Shown here: positions 29,001-41,400 of the stretch, in pieces
Position numbering within the stretch: position 1 is the first letter of the stretch
How the letters are laid out: each line of letters starts with the position of its first letter
Source: Glaucostegus cemiculus
Taxonomy: Eukaryota
Assembly (NCBI GenBank): GCA_976551045.1
Contig: CDPCPM010000120.1
Span: 3,100,001 to 3,164,000, forward strand
Direction: 5' to 3'
Length of the DNA: 64,000 bases
Position numbers and translations under genes: made by a program
Notes under the pieces: model-generated
Seen by the model: only the letters and a program-made list of their open reading frames with translations
Databases searched by the model: none
What the model was told of the DNA's origin: nothing

Positions 29001-29149
29001 AGGGTTACATAAAGTCAGGATGTTTTAAAGACACAACACCCGGGCCCGCCATTTAGTCGCTCGTTATTTGCAATAAGTGCAGAATTTGGATCTGGGATTT
29101 TATTGAATTTGAAGGAATTTAACATCAGGATCAGTCCAGAGCAGTCTGT

Positions 29150-30190
29150 CAGGGTGCACCATCCGCCATCATGTCTCCAAGATGAGAATCTGGGGGTGTG
29201 TGGGGTGGGGGGGGGGGATACCGGACCAGGTGGCGCAGATGTCAGCCCCCCAGCCCAGCGGGTATCGGGGGTGGGACCCCCGCTGACCAGCACTGGGAGG
29301 GGGGGGGGAGATCGGCCCAGCAGGTCGGGCCTCGCCCCAATCCCAGTCCGGCTCCCGAGACTTGCCCCAACCTCTGTTCCCACCAGCACCCTCCGATCCA
29401 CGGAGCCTGGCCATGCGGTTCGGTTCCTTGGCCTGGGGGTCCTGCCACCACCTCCCCCCCTCCCCCCTCAACCCTTGAGCCGGACCTGTGGCCCGGGAAC
29501 CTGTGTCCCTGGGCCCGGGAGGGGACGGGACGGGACAGTCGGAGCCTCGGCCGAGAGCCGTCCCAGAGCTCGCCATGAGCCATGGAGGGGTGGGGAGGGG
29601 GGGCAACTCCAGGCTCAGGGACATCAATCGCCGTCCCAGCCACAGGCTGAAGCGCACTGAAGGCGGCAGATTGACCGAGGTCGACCGAAGGAGGCGGCGG
29701 CATCGATCGGCCCGGAGCCCGGAGCAGCTCCAGGGATTTGTTTCTTTGCTTTGGGGACTGGGATCTCGCCCTCGGAGTTATAAAGTAGTACCGTGCCTCT
29801 CCCCAGCCCTCCTCTATTTTAATTCCCTTCCTTGAAAGGATAAACAAACTTCCAGCAAAAACATAAAAATATTGACGTACCGAACGCTATTATCCGGGCG
29901 GACGGTGAATGCGATGCATTTGTAGGGAGGGAGTGGAAGCGAAGGACGCAGAGAGCATGGGCCAAGACGCGGGGTGAGACGCCCTCCCCCTTTCCTCCTC
30001 GCTTCTCCCGCCCTTTCGCCGTATCCCTCCGCGGGACGCCGCGCTGATTGGCTGCGGGCCGTGCCGACGCACGGGCGCGGCGCGGGCTGTGATTGGGCAG
30101 CGAGTGAAAAGGTTGCGGCGAGGCTTTGGAGCGGAGCGCCCAGGGGCCGCGATGAATTGCAGCAAGCTGGCTCCGCTCGACGTGTTTTTT
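29150..30190 (+). promoter_or_regulatory. foxg1 promoter / CpG island
   Basis: Very GC- and CpG-rich stretch directly upstream of the CDS. Two reverse CCAAT boxes (ATTGG at 30047-30051 and 30092-30096), TATAAAG at 29779-29785, forkhead-type ATAAACA at 29840-29846 and CRE-like TGACGT at 29873. TSS cannot be fixed from sequence alone. Confidence 0.8.
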
Positions 30191-30228
30191 AAGAACATGA
30201 AGTAGTGGCTCTTTTTTTTTATTGCTAC

Positions 30229-30309
30229 ATGAGTTGCCAGCGCTGGCGATTGCGGTCCAACTGTGCTGCTGCAATTTTACCTGTGTGTGATGTTGGACAT
30301 GGGAGATAA
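30229..30309 (+). promoter_or_regulatory. Out-of-frame upstream ORF overlapping the foxg1 start (26 aa, [26 protein letters not shown])
   Basis: ATG at 30229 reads open to TAA at 30307-30309, out of frame with the CDS, and spans ATG 30290 and ATG 30299. Translation is not demonstrated. Confidence 0.6.
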
Positions 30310-31519
30310 GAAAGAAGTGAAAATGATTCCCAAATCATCGTTCAGCATAAACAGCCTGGTGCCCGAAGCGGTTCAGAGTGACACCCGTCACCGAGCTGCC
30401 CCCGAAGACGAGGACAAAAACATCCTGCCAGCCGTGGAGTCCAAGTCTGAAAACCTGCTCAGCAAAAGTGACGGCGCCTCGGCCGAGCCGCCCTGCGCCG
30501 AAGACAAGGACAAGCAGGAGGAGAAGAAGGCCGAGGGCAAGGAGGGCGACGGCGCCAAGGAAGGGGAGAAGAAAAACGGCAAATACGAGAAGCCGCCGTT
30601 CAGTTATAACGCGCTGATCATGATGGCAATCCGGCAGAGCCCGGAGAAGCGGCTGACGCTGAATGGCATCTACGAGTTCATCATGAAGAATTTCCCCTAC
30701 TACAGGGAGAACAAGCAAGGCTGGCAGAACTCGATCAGGCACAACTTGAGCCTCAACAAATGTTTCGTCAAAGTTCCTCGGCACTACGATGATCCCGGGA
30801 AGGGGAACTACTGGATGCTGGATCCGTCTAGTGACGACGTCTTTATAGGTGGCACCACGGGCAAACTTCGCAGGAGATCCACCACATCGAGAGCAAAGTT
30901 GGCTTTCAAGCGGGGAGCGCGCCTCACTTCGACCGGACTGACATTCATGGATCGGGCAGGTTCCTTATATTGGCCCGTCTCACCATTCCTGTCCCTCCAT
31001 CACCCCCGAGCCAGCAGTACACTAAGCTACAATGGAACCACCTCACCTTACCCCAGCCACCCGATGTCCTACAGCTCGGTGTTAACTCAGAACTCTCTGG
31101 CAAACAATCACTCATTTCCAACATCCAATGGGTTAAGTGTAGACAGACTTGTGAACGGAGAGATCCCTTATGCCACTCATCACCTCACGGCCGCGGCCGC
31201 CTTGGCTGCCTCGGTGCCGTGTGGTCTGTCAGTTCCGTGCTCGGGTACTTACTCGTTAAACCCCTGCTCGGTGAATCTGCTGGCAGGACAGACAAGTTAC
31301 TTTTTCCCTCACGTTCCTCACCCTTCAATGACTTCTCAAAGCAGCACTTCAATGACGGCCAGGACAGCGTCCTCGACGTCTCCACAGGCGCCTTCAACTC
31401 TCCCCTGTGAATCTCTAAGACCTTCTTTGCCAAGTTTCTCCACGGGACTTTCAGGAGGACTTTCTGATTACTTCACGCATCAAAACCAGGGGCCCTCTTC
31501 AAACCCTCTAATACACTAA
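30290..31519 (+). CDS. foxg1: Forkhead box protein G1, single coding exon, 409 aa
   Basis: Translation starts [29 protein letters not shown] (FOXG1 N-terminus with eh1-like FSINSLV). It has an intact forkhead domain ([79 protein letters not shown]), [10 protein letters not shown], the Groucho-binding LSVDRL and the C-terminal SSNPLIH*. First ATG is at 30290; the ORF track begins at an upstream GTG (30263). Confidence 0.99.
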   Translation: MLDMGDKKEVKMIPKSSFSINSLVPEAVQSDTRHRAAPEDEDKNILPAVESKSENLLSKSDGASAEPPCAEDKDKQEEKKAEGKEGDGAKEGEKKNGKYEKPPFSYNALIMMAIRQSPEKRLTLNGIYEFIMKNFPYYRENKQGWQNSIRHNLSLNKCFVKVPRHYDDPGKGNYWMLDPSSDDVFIGGTTGKLRRRSTTSRAKLAFKRGARLTSTGLTFMDRAGSLYWPVSPFLSLHHPRASSTLSYNGTTSPYPSHPMSYSSVLTQNSLANNHSFPTSNGLSVDRLVNGEIPYATHHLTAAAALAASVPCGLSVPCSGTYSLNPCSVNLLAGQTSYFFPHVPHPSMTSQSSTSMTARTASSTSPQAPSTLPCESLRPSLPSFSTGLSGGLSDYFTHQNQGPSSNPLIH

Positions 31520-32410
31520 CAAATCCCTTCGAAAAGACTGTAAGTTAACATTTTACACACATTTGCGTTGTAAATAATTCTCAAAATAAGAAGCCCAGGT
31601 ATTTTTATTCAAGTCCCCATTTTTTTGTCTGCATTTTGTCAAATCCCGTAGGGTTGTTTGTTTATTCAATTTCAGCAATGTGCAATTTGAGGCGGTTTAG
31701 ATAGGAAAGCCACTAGTTAAATTAATGTAGACTGTGTATTTAAAATGACTGCATTCCAACTAAGTTTAAATTAGGCAGGTCTGTTTCAATTGTTCCAACA
31801 AATTCCATGTTTGCAGTATTATAAGTTATCATGGCTTTGTTGCTGGCTGCTGATTTCAATATTAGCGGTAACACTTCTTTCTACGAAAATAATAAGTATA
31901 GTTTAATTTGTTCTTCATACATAACCTGACTTAAAACATGCCTAACCTTTCGGTCATTTTTTTCCCATTTGGTTACAAAATGGTTCATGTTTACTTTTAG
32001 ACCAAAGACGGGGCTAGAAATGCACTCCTTGTTTAAAAGAACAAGTACTTTGAAAATAATTCCTATTTCCAGTTTACAACACTGCCTGCAAAGAATCAGA
32101 AGGGGACAAAATTGATGAATGCCTTTAGTTTGTGTTGTGCATAATTCGATGTATGTGGTCACTAACAGGTCCCTTTTCATTTCTTTATGTAAATGTAGTG
32201 AAATGTGTAAACCTATTGTACTACAAAGATAAAATTTTGCGGACGTGTAACCTGTGTTGCTTAAATGCCTCATGAATTCCTTGAGTGATTGTTAATGTCG
32301 TCTCTAAATTTCATGATTGTGATATTGTGATCATATGCCCGTGTTGTCACTTAAAATGTTTACTATACAGAAGGCACCGAAATAAAAAAATAGGTTACAT
32401 TCAGAAACAT
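31520..32410 (+). other. foxg1 3' UTR with miRNA seed matches
   Basis: CAGTATTA (miR-200b/c/429 8mer, 31814-31821), TGTTTAC (miR-30, 31988-31994 and 32357-32363), ACCAAAGA (miR-9 8mer, 32001-32008), AATGCAC (miR-33-type, 32019-32025), CACTGCC (miR-34, 32080-32086). Confidence 0.75.
32381..32386 (+). terminator. Probable foxg1 polyadenylation signal AATAAA
   Basis: AATAAA ~860 nt after the stop codon, followed by a T/GT-rich tract (tcttgtccttttctttgtc, ~32417-32435). Confidence 0.7.
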
Positions 32411-35400
32411 TGACATCTTGTCCTTTTCTTTGTCATGACGAAATGCAATAGTTATCCACTGTAGTATTTTAAATGCATTCCTGATCCCACTCTGCAAGGG
32501 ACGAGAATCTACCAAAGCGACAAAGAATAGAAGCCAATTTTATCTAGGCCTAAATGATGCTGTTATAGTGATTCAAGTTTAACTTGAATGGTTGGTACAG
32601 TATTTAAGCTGAGCTCCAATTCAGTCACTACAGTCAAATTTTTGTAGCTGGAGAAAATAGTTGTTGAATATCGTGATATATAAATATGTCAAATTTTAGA
32701 AAAAAATATATCTTCAGGACAGTCTAATTTCCACCCAGTTCCACATAATATCCTTTAAATTGAGTGAGACGGCCATTTCTAAAACAAATAGCCCTTTCTA
32801 AATGTATTTCACTGTTGTGCAATTATTNNNNNNNNNNNNNNNNNNNNNNNNNNNNNNNNNNNNNNNNNNNNNNNNNNNNNNNNNNNNNNNNNNNNNNNNN
32901 NNNNNNNNNNNNNNNNNNNNNNNNNNNNNNNNNNNNNNNNNNNNNNNNNNNNNNNNNNNNNNNNNNNCCCAGAAGTATATATATTCCAACCAAAAAGGCA
33001 ATTTTGTTGTTTGTTTTTTTTGGAGTTGAGCGCCTAATTTGGTTTCAGTGAGCACATAGGCCTGTCGTTTCACAACAACACTTTAGATTTTATGTATCTT
33101 TTAAACACTCCGCAGACATCGAAAAATATATCAACAACCAAAACATCTCACAATATAGATTGTAAACATTTTAAAATTAAAGCTGATTCAAAGAAATGCT
33201 CCATAGGTTGACAGTACTTTAATGTTTGTTGTCAGTTATTCCTATGACCATGTTGTAATACAAAATGACAAATAATTTTCAAAACTACATTGGCCGGTGA
33301 AACCAAATGAACGTTAAAACCGCTGAATGCTGTGTATATTACTTGAACATTGAGAAATACATCAAACTCTAAATCACTCCATTTATGATAACCTCGTAAT
33401 GTGTACATCTGTAACTTAATTTAAGATTAAATTAATCTGTGCAATTATTGTGAACTACTAATTTCCGTTTTGGTATAGTCATCTGAAACCAGAACAGTTA
33501 AAGGATCATTATGGAAAGAAGGGAAATCTCGGAATATGCAACATTGCAAGAAAACTTCTGCTAACACATTTCCTGCAAATCCGATCCGCCTGTAGGCCTG
33601 CCTTATTTGTTCTTCTTGTACCGCATTAAAGATGCCCACGAGTAATACAATAAGGCCAGCGCCTCTTACAATAGGCCCGAAGGAAAACGAATCACTGCTC
33701 AAGATGTTATCGCTCCAATGTTAAGCGGGGTTATATGAAAGAAGGAAGTGTGTCTCCTGAATTAAATACAAGTACATTTATATGGAAAGGAAAACGATAG
33801 TTTACGAGGGGTTGTAGAAGGGATCTATTAGAATAAGAGCCATTACAACTACTAAAGAAACGTGAAGGTTCATTTACATAGTGGCAAGACGCAGTGACGT
33901 TGACTGTTATCTCTGCCTCTGACTAGTCGGAGAAACTATATCCCTCTTTCTCTCCTCAAAACCTGGGGCCCGAGCCCAGTAAATAAAGTTAACCTAACTG
34001 TTGATTATACGTTGTGTACAGCCTGTTTTGGAAAATGCATAGCTTCTTTATTCAGTGGTTGTTATTTTACCACATCACAGGTTAAAGGCCCTCGTGCATT
34101 TCAGATCTATGGTCCAATTAGAAATTTAACAAGTGTAACTTCGGAAAGAATTTGGATAAAAATGTACAGGTTTTTGTTCATAGTATGTAACTCTGCCGTT
34201 CTACGCAAAGAAAATCGGAATATTCTTCTGCATTTTGGAGGTGGGACGAAGAACTGAGGGGCAGTATCTTACATTTGGTAAGTGCACGGTTTCTCTATTG
34301 TTTTACTGAAATAATTCGGCGTGGGTTGCTAGTTTAGTTTGAAACGTTAGTATGTGCGAATTGTGACGCACAATCTTTATTTCAATGCTTTACTGGAAAT
34401 GTGGTTTAATTAGTCATTCGCATTATTCTAACATCATAATTATCACCATGACCAAAAAAAATAGTTGATTGAAAGATTAATTTTATAAGATAATATCATA
34501 CCCGTATTAAAAATTGCGTGGGTACACGTAGTATAAGTTATGCGAATAAGCACCAAAATACTTTCATGATTACTCCAAAGCGACCAGAAATTCTCAAGTT
34601 TTTACCAATATAGAATAACTTTGATTTATGATTAACAGAAGGACCGATACAGCAAACAAAAGTAACTCGTGCTTTAGATATCGCAATTGTGTTACTTCTC
34701 TATTGTCTGGTCGCTTTGGGTGTCGGCCGATAGGGAGGGGGAACGGATCGCGAGAGTATTTCTGTTCTCGAAAATGCTGGGCTGTGACTGAGCGGACAAC
34801 CAATATGAACACACAACCTCAGATCTCCAATTACCCTTACACTGAAGCATTTAGATCTGCCAACAGCGAAGTTTGGAGGATTACAGTCCATTTTAAAAAC
34901 GAAGCAGACATTTCTATGACACTTAGTTCTAAGTGTTAAAAATCAAATATTCCCCAATAACACACATCAACTGATCCATTCAAAATGAGATGGTTCAGAT
35001 GCATTCAAATGCATTTCAAATGCATGCATTTCTTTTCCAAATTCCCTACTTTGAAACAATTGGGCCAGTCCAAAAGTATATTATTGATACATTGTATCTG
35101 TAACCAGAAGTATATCTGGAGTGAAGTTGTGATTTTCACAGTCAAATTTTGATCAGAGAATTGCAAACCGGCCAACTTAATTTCAAAAACCATCATAAGT
35201 ATATCATTCCTTTAAACTTTTATTTGGTTCGGCTAAGTCAGTTTCCAGTCGTTTGGGAAATCTCAGACTGACCTTCTGGCAATGCGTGCCAGTTGCTATC
35301 ATGTCTTATAGAATGAGGCGACTCTGCAACGTTACTTGAAAGTATTGTGGACAGCTAATTATATCTGTTCAAATAATTCTACACTGAATCTGAATGATCT

Positions 35401-38400
35401 CAGAATGCAACCTGTACGACTGAGAAAATAATCTTATTTTTTGCCCATTTCATGTTCTCTTTGAACATTCAATTTTCAGTAGTATACGTTTCGCTGGTTT
35501 GCTTTTAACTACGTTTTCTCGTTCAACAAAAACGTTCTAAGAACAAACCAGAAATATTTGACTACTCAGAAAGGTTTTTGTTTGTTTGTCCGCTTATTTA
35601 ATGAGATATAGTAGGAATTGACTTCGATAAATCGGGGTGGAAATTTCGGTTCGACATGTTTAGGTCAAACGTGGTGTTTCCCGGGTTAGACAAGGGTGAA
35701 GGTGAAGATCATTCGAGGTTTAAAGGATGTGTGAATGGTGCCTAGGGTTCGCAGTTCTCATGCACTGTAAACCTTACCGGCCAAGCCTCACCGCAATTGC
35801 CTCGAAACAGATGGCACAGACACAGAAACCAGACTAAGAGTTGAGGTTCATTCCATAGTAGGTAGGTAACTAGTGAATAACAGTGCAATACCTGAAATAA
35901 ATCAACAAGAGAAATCAACCTTTTATTTATTCTGTCACAGCTAACGTGCTAAGCAACCAACTAATGATAAAAAGGGATCATTGTATTTCAAGTTGTATAA
36001 TTCTTTTTACAAACAGGATGCAATTATTTATTTTAAATTTGAAGTTTTAAACTAACTTTAGCTGTGGCGACGGCCATCGTTAAGGCATGTTTATACTCTA
36101 TTAATTAATATAAAGCGATTAAGAGCTACTTAATGCACTTAATTTGTGATCCATATATTGTTGAATAACGTTTTAACGTTGTCTTCCTATTTATGTCTTG
36201 GTATTAATCGTTAAATTGTGTATTATTATTAAATGTCGATGCAAATATTTTAGAGAACATTCGCGTTACAGGTTTCGGTGCGAGACAGTTGTTGTTACAC
36301 CAAAGAAAAACAAATCGAAAATATAGAATTGTTGACAAATTAAGTGGATCTACGTAATTACCAAAAGTGGCACATGCACTTGTTTCATTTCCCCAATATA
36401 CTGTTAAAATTGCATTACAGAAAAAAAACAATTACTTGATTTTTTAAAAATCTAATATCTATGTATAAACTGTCTTCTTTACTGAGTCCTGTATATAATC
36501 GTGTTGTAGAGACAACCCCCGCGTGTTGCATTTACATTTTCTTTATTGAAAATAAATCGTCTTGAATTTTAAAAGTTCTTACGATTTTATTTGAAATATG
36601 AATTCTCAATTTCATTTGAAATTATGTGGCCGTGCATGTTAGTTACTGCACCGCTGTAGAAAGCGAAGACCTGTGAATGTGCATCATTAATAATGTAAAA
36701 TGTATCACTTAGAATTAATTTCAAACGCTATGTTAGTGCAATAAAAACGTTCTGTATGTTAGCTGCAATTAAAATGTGGGTATTGCAATTTTTATCTCGT
36801 GGGATGAATATGGAAGCTTTTGGTGCACTGTGGACTGCGCTTATACTATAGACGTACAATACCTCCCATTTAACAATCTCGCCGTGAAGTTGAATTATTT
36901 GCTGCTTTGGGCGATTCCGTTAGGATACGCCATAAGTTCTAGTTTTGCATACTTTGTTTACAGCTGATTAACAGCAAAGTATAAAATATTGGATACACTA
37001 TTTTATACTGAAATAACGCAACGTTTTAATACGTGTTGTATAGTAATATTTAATGCTTTGTTTTCAGACTGCAAAACGGATTCGTTTTTCAAATTACTGT
37101 TTAGATCTACATAAACTATACAAGCATTTTTTATTTCTGATCATCTATACATACACAGTTTGCGAAATTATAACTTATCGTGTATATATTATCGTAACTA
37201 CAAATTAAAATGGATAGATAGTAATCATCTTGAAGATAACATTTTAACCCACATAAAAAAACATCAGCGGTTACCTTAACGAAATGAAGAAATGCATGAG
37301 CCCAAAGTGGTATATTCGCCCCTGTACTAAAACTAACGTATTTTGCATGTAATCTTACAAATGAAATATGTTTGAAAACGCATTTATTTGCACACATACA
37401 GTCCTAACAGTTAAATACTCCGTGTGATTATACCTAGACCAGACCTCGCGTGAGTGCCAGGACTTCAACGTTATTGACTGTGACAGCACTATTTGTTTGC
37501 GGTGTTTAATGTTGTTAGCTCAATATATACGCAGTGTATTTTCATTGTGTGCAAAATGCTTCTGTCATAGATATATTCGCATTTTCCCTGTTTTAAAATT
37601 CGAGGCGTTTTCACAAAAGAGTAAAATTGATATTTTCGGTATCACACGAGAGTTAGCAAAGATCTCAAGCCTTTCCAAGTCTTCACGTTGCACGATTAGC
37701 AGGAATAATCATGAATACAATTTGTAATGTAACGTACACTAGCTCTTTTTTTAAAAAAAATAGGGATTACGCCGTTAGGAGACAGATAAGTTTAGTTTCT
37801 TTGCTGTTTTGATTTTATCTTTGACAACTGCTAACCTTTTCAAAAATAGATTATGACCACAGTGAATGGTAGCGTGGGGGCGCTGTTGATAAAGCAATGA
37901 GACGCTAACAACAGGTCTCTTTCAATATCTCTTTTTTCTTCCTCTCGCTTTCCTTCACAGCTTGTGTCTGTGTTTCAAAAACATAATGCATGTATTCGAT
38001 TGTCTTTTCAACATTACGCATTTACACCACTATCGGCACCAAGCCGTCTCGCTTCTCACGGACTCCAACATTGTGGTATAAATTCAAACTCAGGAGTTCG
38101 ACTTGACTCCAAAGCCAGGACTAGACACAATTCCACTCGCCGAGAAGTAGATTCAGGTTTCAGACGTGCACTGATAAACTTTAGCGCCGATGGGAATGGA
38201 ATCCATCCCGCAGTATCGCTGCTATTCTAACAAGGCAATGATGGGTCGACACTCAGGAACCATTACACAGTTTGAACAACAGTTCAATATTACTCAAAAG
38301 AAGAATTCACATAAGTCACATGTCCAATTTTTCAACCAAAAATGTTCCCGGGATTCCCTTCAAATTTATTTAAATAAAACATATTAGTGTTATTTGGACA

Positions 38401-41400
38401 GCTGGAAGAATGCGAAAATACAAATCTTTGTGAGCAAACGTTTTGCTTTATAGAAATAGTGTTCAAAACTAGTTTCTACGCTTTGTATATATTCATTAAT
38501 CATTTGAAACTATTCGAGTTTTTGTTTATTTAATAGCAATAAAGATTTCTATATCATTTGAGAGTGTAAATATGTTTCGGCTATAATTTAAACACTTATC
38601 GGTACATATCGTTATATTTAATATTTCCAATTTTTGCATTTTCATTGACACTTAATATTTTGACATCTGGAATATCGTATGTCGTTCAGGCAATCGCATT
38701 TTCATCGTTTAAATATAATCATGCTGTCATTTTTCAACAATTCATTGTTCTTTTTTATGGATAAATTCTACTGAAAGCTCCATTTATATTCTTAACGAAG
38801 AGTTTTAAACGTTCACTAAATAGATTTTAAAGGTCGAATAACACTTAAGACACTGTGTAGTGTCACATGAAAATGTGCTTTAACGGTACTTCATAACTCA
38901 GACCGTCCCTAAATATTCAATGTTAGATTTTCTAAAATGGTCGACATAGGCGCATAAAACAAATACATTTAAAAGAATATATAGTAGAAAACAGTGGTTT
39001 TCAACATAGGGATCTGATTCTTTACAAAAACTATGAATGTAGGATTTGTCAAATTTCAGTGCACTGTCATACTCTAAATACAAAATTACAGAAATTAATG
39101 TATAAATGGAATTCAGCGTTTATGAATAAATTTAGTGAGGATTCACCCATTAAATGTGAAAGATTTTTTTAAAAATAATTAATCGTTCATCAGTCAGCTT
39201 TGCCAATGCCTAATTTTATTTCACCCAGGAATCCGCACCTTTATTGAACATGAAATGAGATTTGCGTGTGACTATAGCTGTACGCGACTTTTAAAACAAA
39301 AGAAAGAAGTCGAAGCAACACCACATGTCAGTATAGAAATATTCACACGCGGAGTCCATTTAGATAACCTTATACCAAAGGACACGCACACAAATATTCT
39401 GGCCGTTTTAGGAAACAAGTAGGAAAGTGGCTTATGTCCGTGGAGTGCACACTCCCTATATATACACTGTTTGTCATAATTCCGTATTTCAGGCATTAAG
39501 TGGGAAGTGAATGGAAGTTTATTTCTCTATAATATAACATCAACAATTGCCAGTTTCATTTAACATTATTTTGTTCTGATGAGTATCTGCGAGATACTTG
39601 AAGGTCAAGCGCTGAAGACTCAAGTGCAAGTGTGTACGTTACATCACGAATATTCCGAAAATAAAGTATCTAAACTAATAAAAACATTTTCCTTCATCAA
39701 ATTAAATATTCAAGAAGAACAATGAGACGTTTACAAGACTCTGTCGTGCAAAAGAGACAATGTCCTGAATGTTCCCATTGAAATGTCAAAACTGTTCATA
39801 TATGTCGTGGCTGCTGTTGAAGCTACGCAAAGTTCACACTTCAATATTTAATATAAAATGCTGGTAATTGCTTTAATAATTAGACTACACCTTGTCTTTC
39901 TGCATTAATAGTTGCTGCGTCATGCAATTTTCTGCAATAATTTTCTCTAATGACCCACCAATTCTCCTCTCAGTAAAATTAGTTTCTGATTATGTATAAC
40001 CAATTTTATTTTTCTTGGGAGCATTACACTTTCCGTTTCTTTTAAAAGAAATTCAAGTGTATTTCCAAGCTAATATGTTCCATAGTATGGAGATAAACAA
40101 AAGCTTTGTATTTTGCCATGACGGTTAACTTAAATATGAAATGATCCAAACGAGAGAAGCAAAATTAACCAAGTCCTCATAAGAGCTTCCCACGTTTTGA
40201 GTAATAGCAGCATTAAACATTATTGACATAGCGTAAATAAGAATTTACTACTCTGATTAGTTTATATGTTCAGGAAATGGAGAATGCACTCCTATGTAAT
40301 TACATTCTATAAGTCATTTGGGACTCGGTGGGGATTTATTTGCGGAAGCATGCAAGAAGGTTCGATTCTGAGTGGGAACTTAATGTGCATAAACCTTGGA
40401 CTGCTGCACACAATTGCAAATAACGTCGTTGAAAACACATTTACTTGCTCCAATCAAACGGATATTAAAAAAATACGGCTAAAATCATCGTTGAAAGTAG
40501 AATTATTTTGAGCACATTCATATCAAATACCTAATATAAATACCCATATGCGAGCTAACAATTTGAATTTGTAACTCATGATATTAAAATTATTATTGCA
40601 ATGCAAACCGCAACAAATTACATGCTCATGAAGTGGTGATCACATAGCCAAAAATAATAATACCTTTCTATTAAACTTATACTAAATTACGCATTCAGGT
40701 TGCTTAAAACATACGACTACTGAGACCGACTTATTTAAACTACGTGCGTAGGGCGATAAAACGACTGTTTCTAACAATAAGTAAACAAGTCAACCACACA
40801 TTTAAAATGAATCATTTATCAGGAACTGGTCACAAATTACACAGGCTTTGGTTTGTATTGATTTGTATGTTTATCTATTTATGAAATATTTTACGTAATT
40901 ACTTCCATAGTCATTGGCTTGCGTTAATACTACCGTATTGTTTTGAAACAAGCCTCTTATAATCGAAGGACCATGTCATAAATGTGTTTTAACTACTAAT
41001 TATATTGGTAGCAGCACCGTTAGATATGCGTTTAAAATATGAACAATATCGCTTTATTCTGGATGGACGATTTTAAAGCAGACAATTGAAATATTATGCA
41101 TTTCATATGAACCTTCTATAAGTGAATAATAAGAAACGCCGCTTTAAAGTATACACATGGTCTAAATCCAGAAACAATTGAAAAAGAGTACTTCTACTTG
41201 GAAAACTTGCAACTGTGGCAGTTGATAGTAAAGTTGATGCCATTTTCTGTGCTGTATTTGATGTCTGATCAGCAATCGGAAATCAGCATCATTTAAATTT
41301 AGTTCTGTTACTTTAAATACTTTGATTTTAGCGTTTAATTTAAACGCCAGTTATTAATTTTTACCAAAATTTTACTGATTTATAAATCGTTATTGCGATC

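Noticed and set aside
29015-30274. Several overlapping ORFs of 100-200 aa upstream of foxg1
   Set aside because: Expected in GC-rich, stop-poor promoter DNA; Pro/Gly/Arg-rich with no domains.
30263-30289. 9 aa N-terminal extension of FOXG1 from the GTG used by the ORF track
   Set aside because: The known FOXG1 N-terminus begins MLDMG at ATG 30290; an in-frame TGA at 30230 limits any extension and nothing supports GTG initiation.
30335-31433. Antisense and alternative-frame ORFs inside foxg1
   Set aside because: Shadow ORFs caused by codon bias of the real CDS.
41009-41060. miR-15/16-like sequence TAGCAGCACCGTTAGATATGCG
   Set aside because: No complementary TGCTGCT star arm downstream, so no pre-miRNA hairpin.
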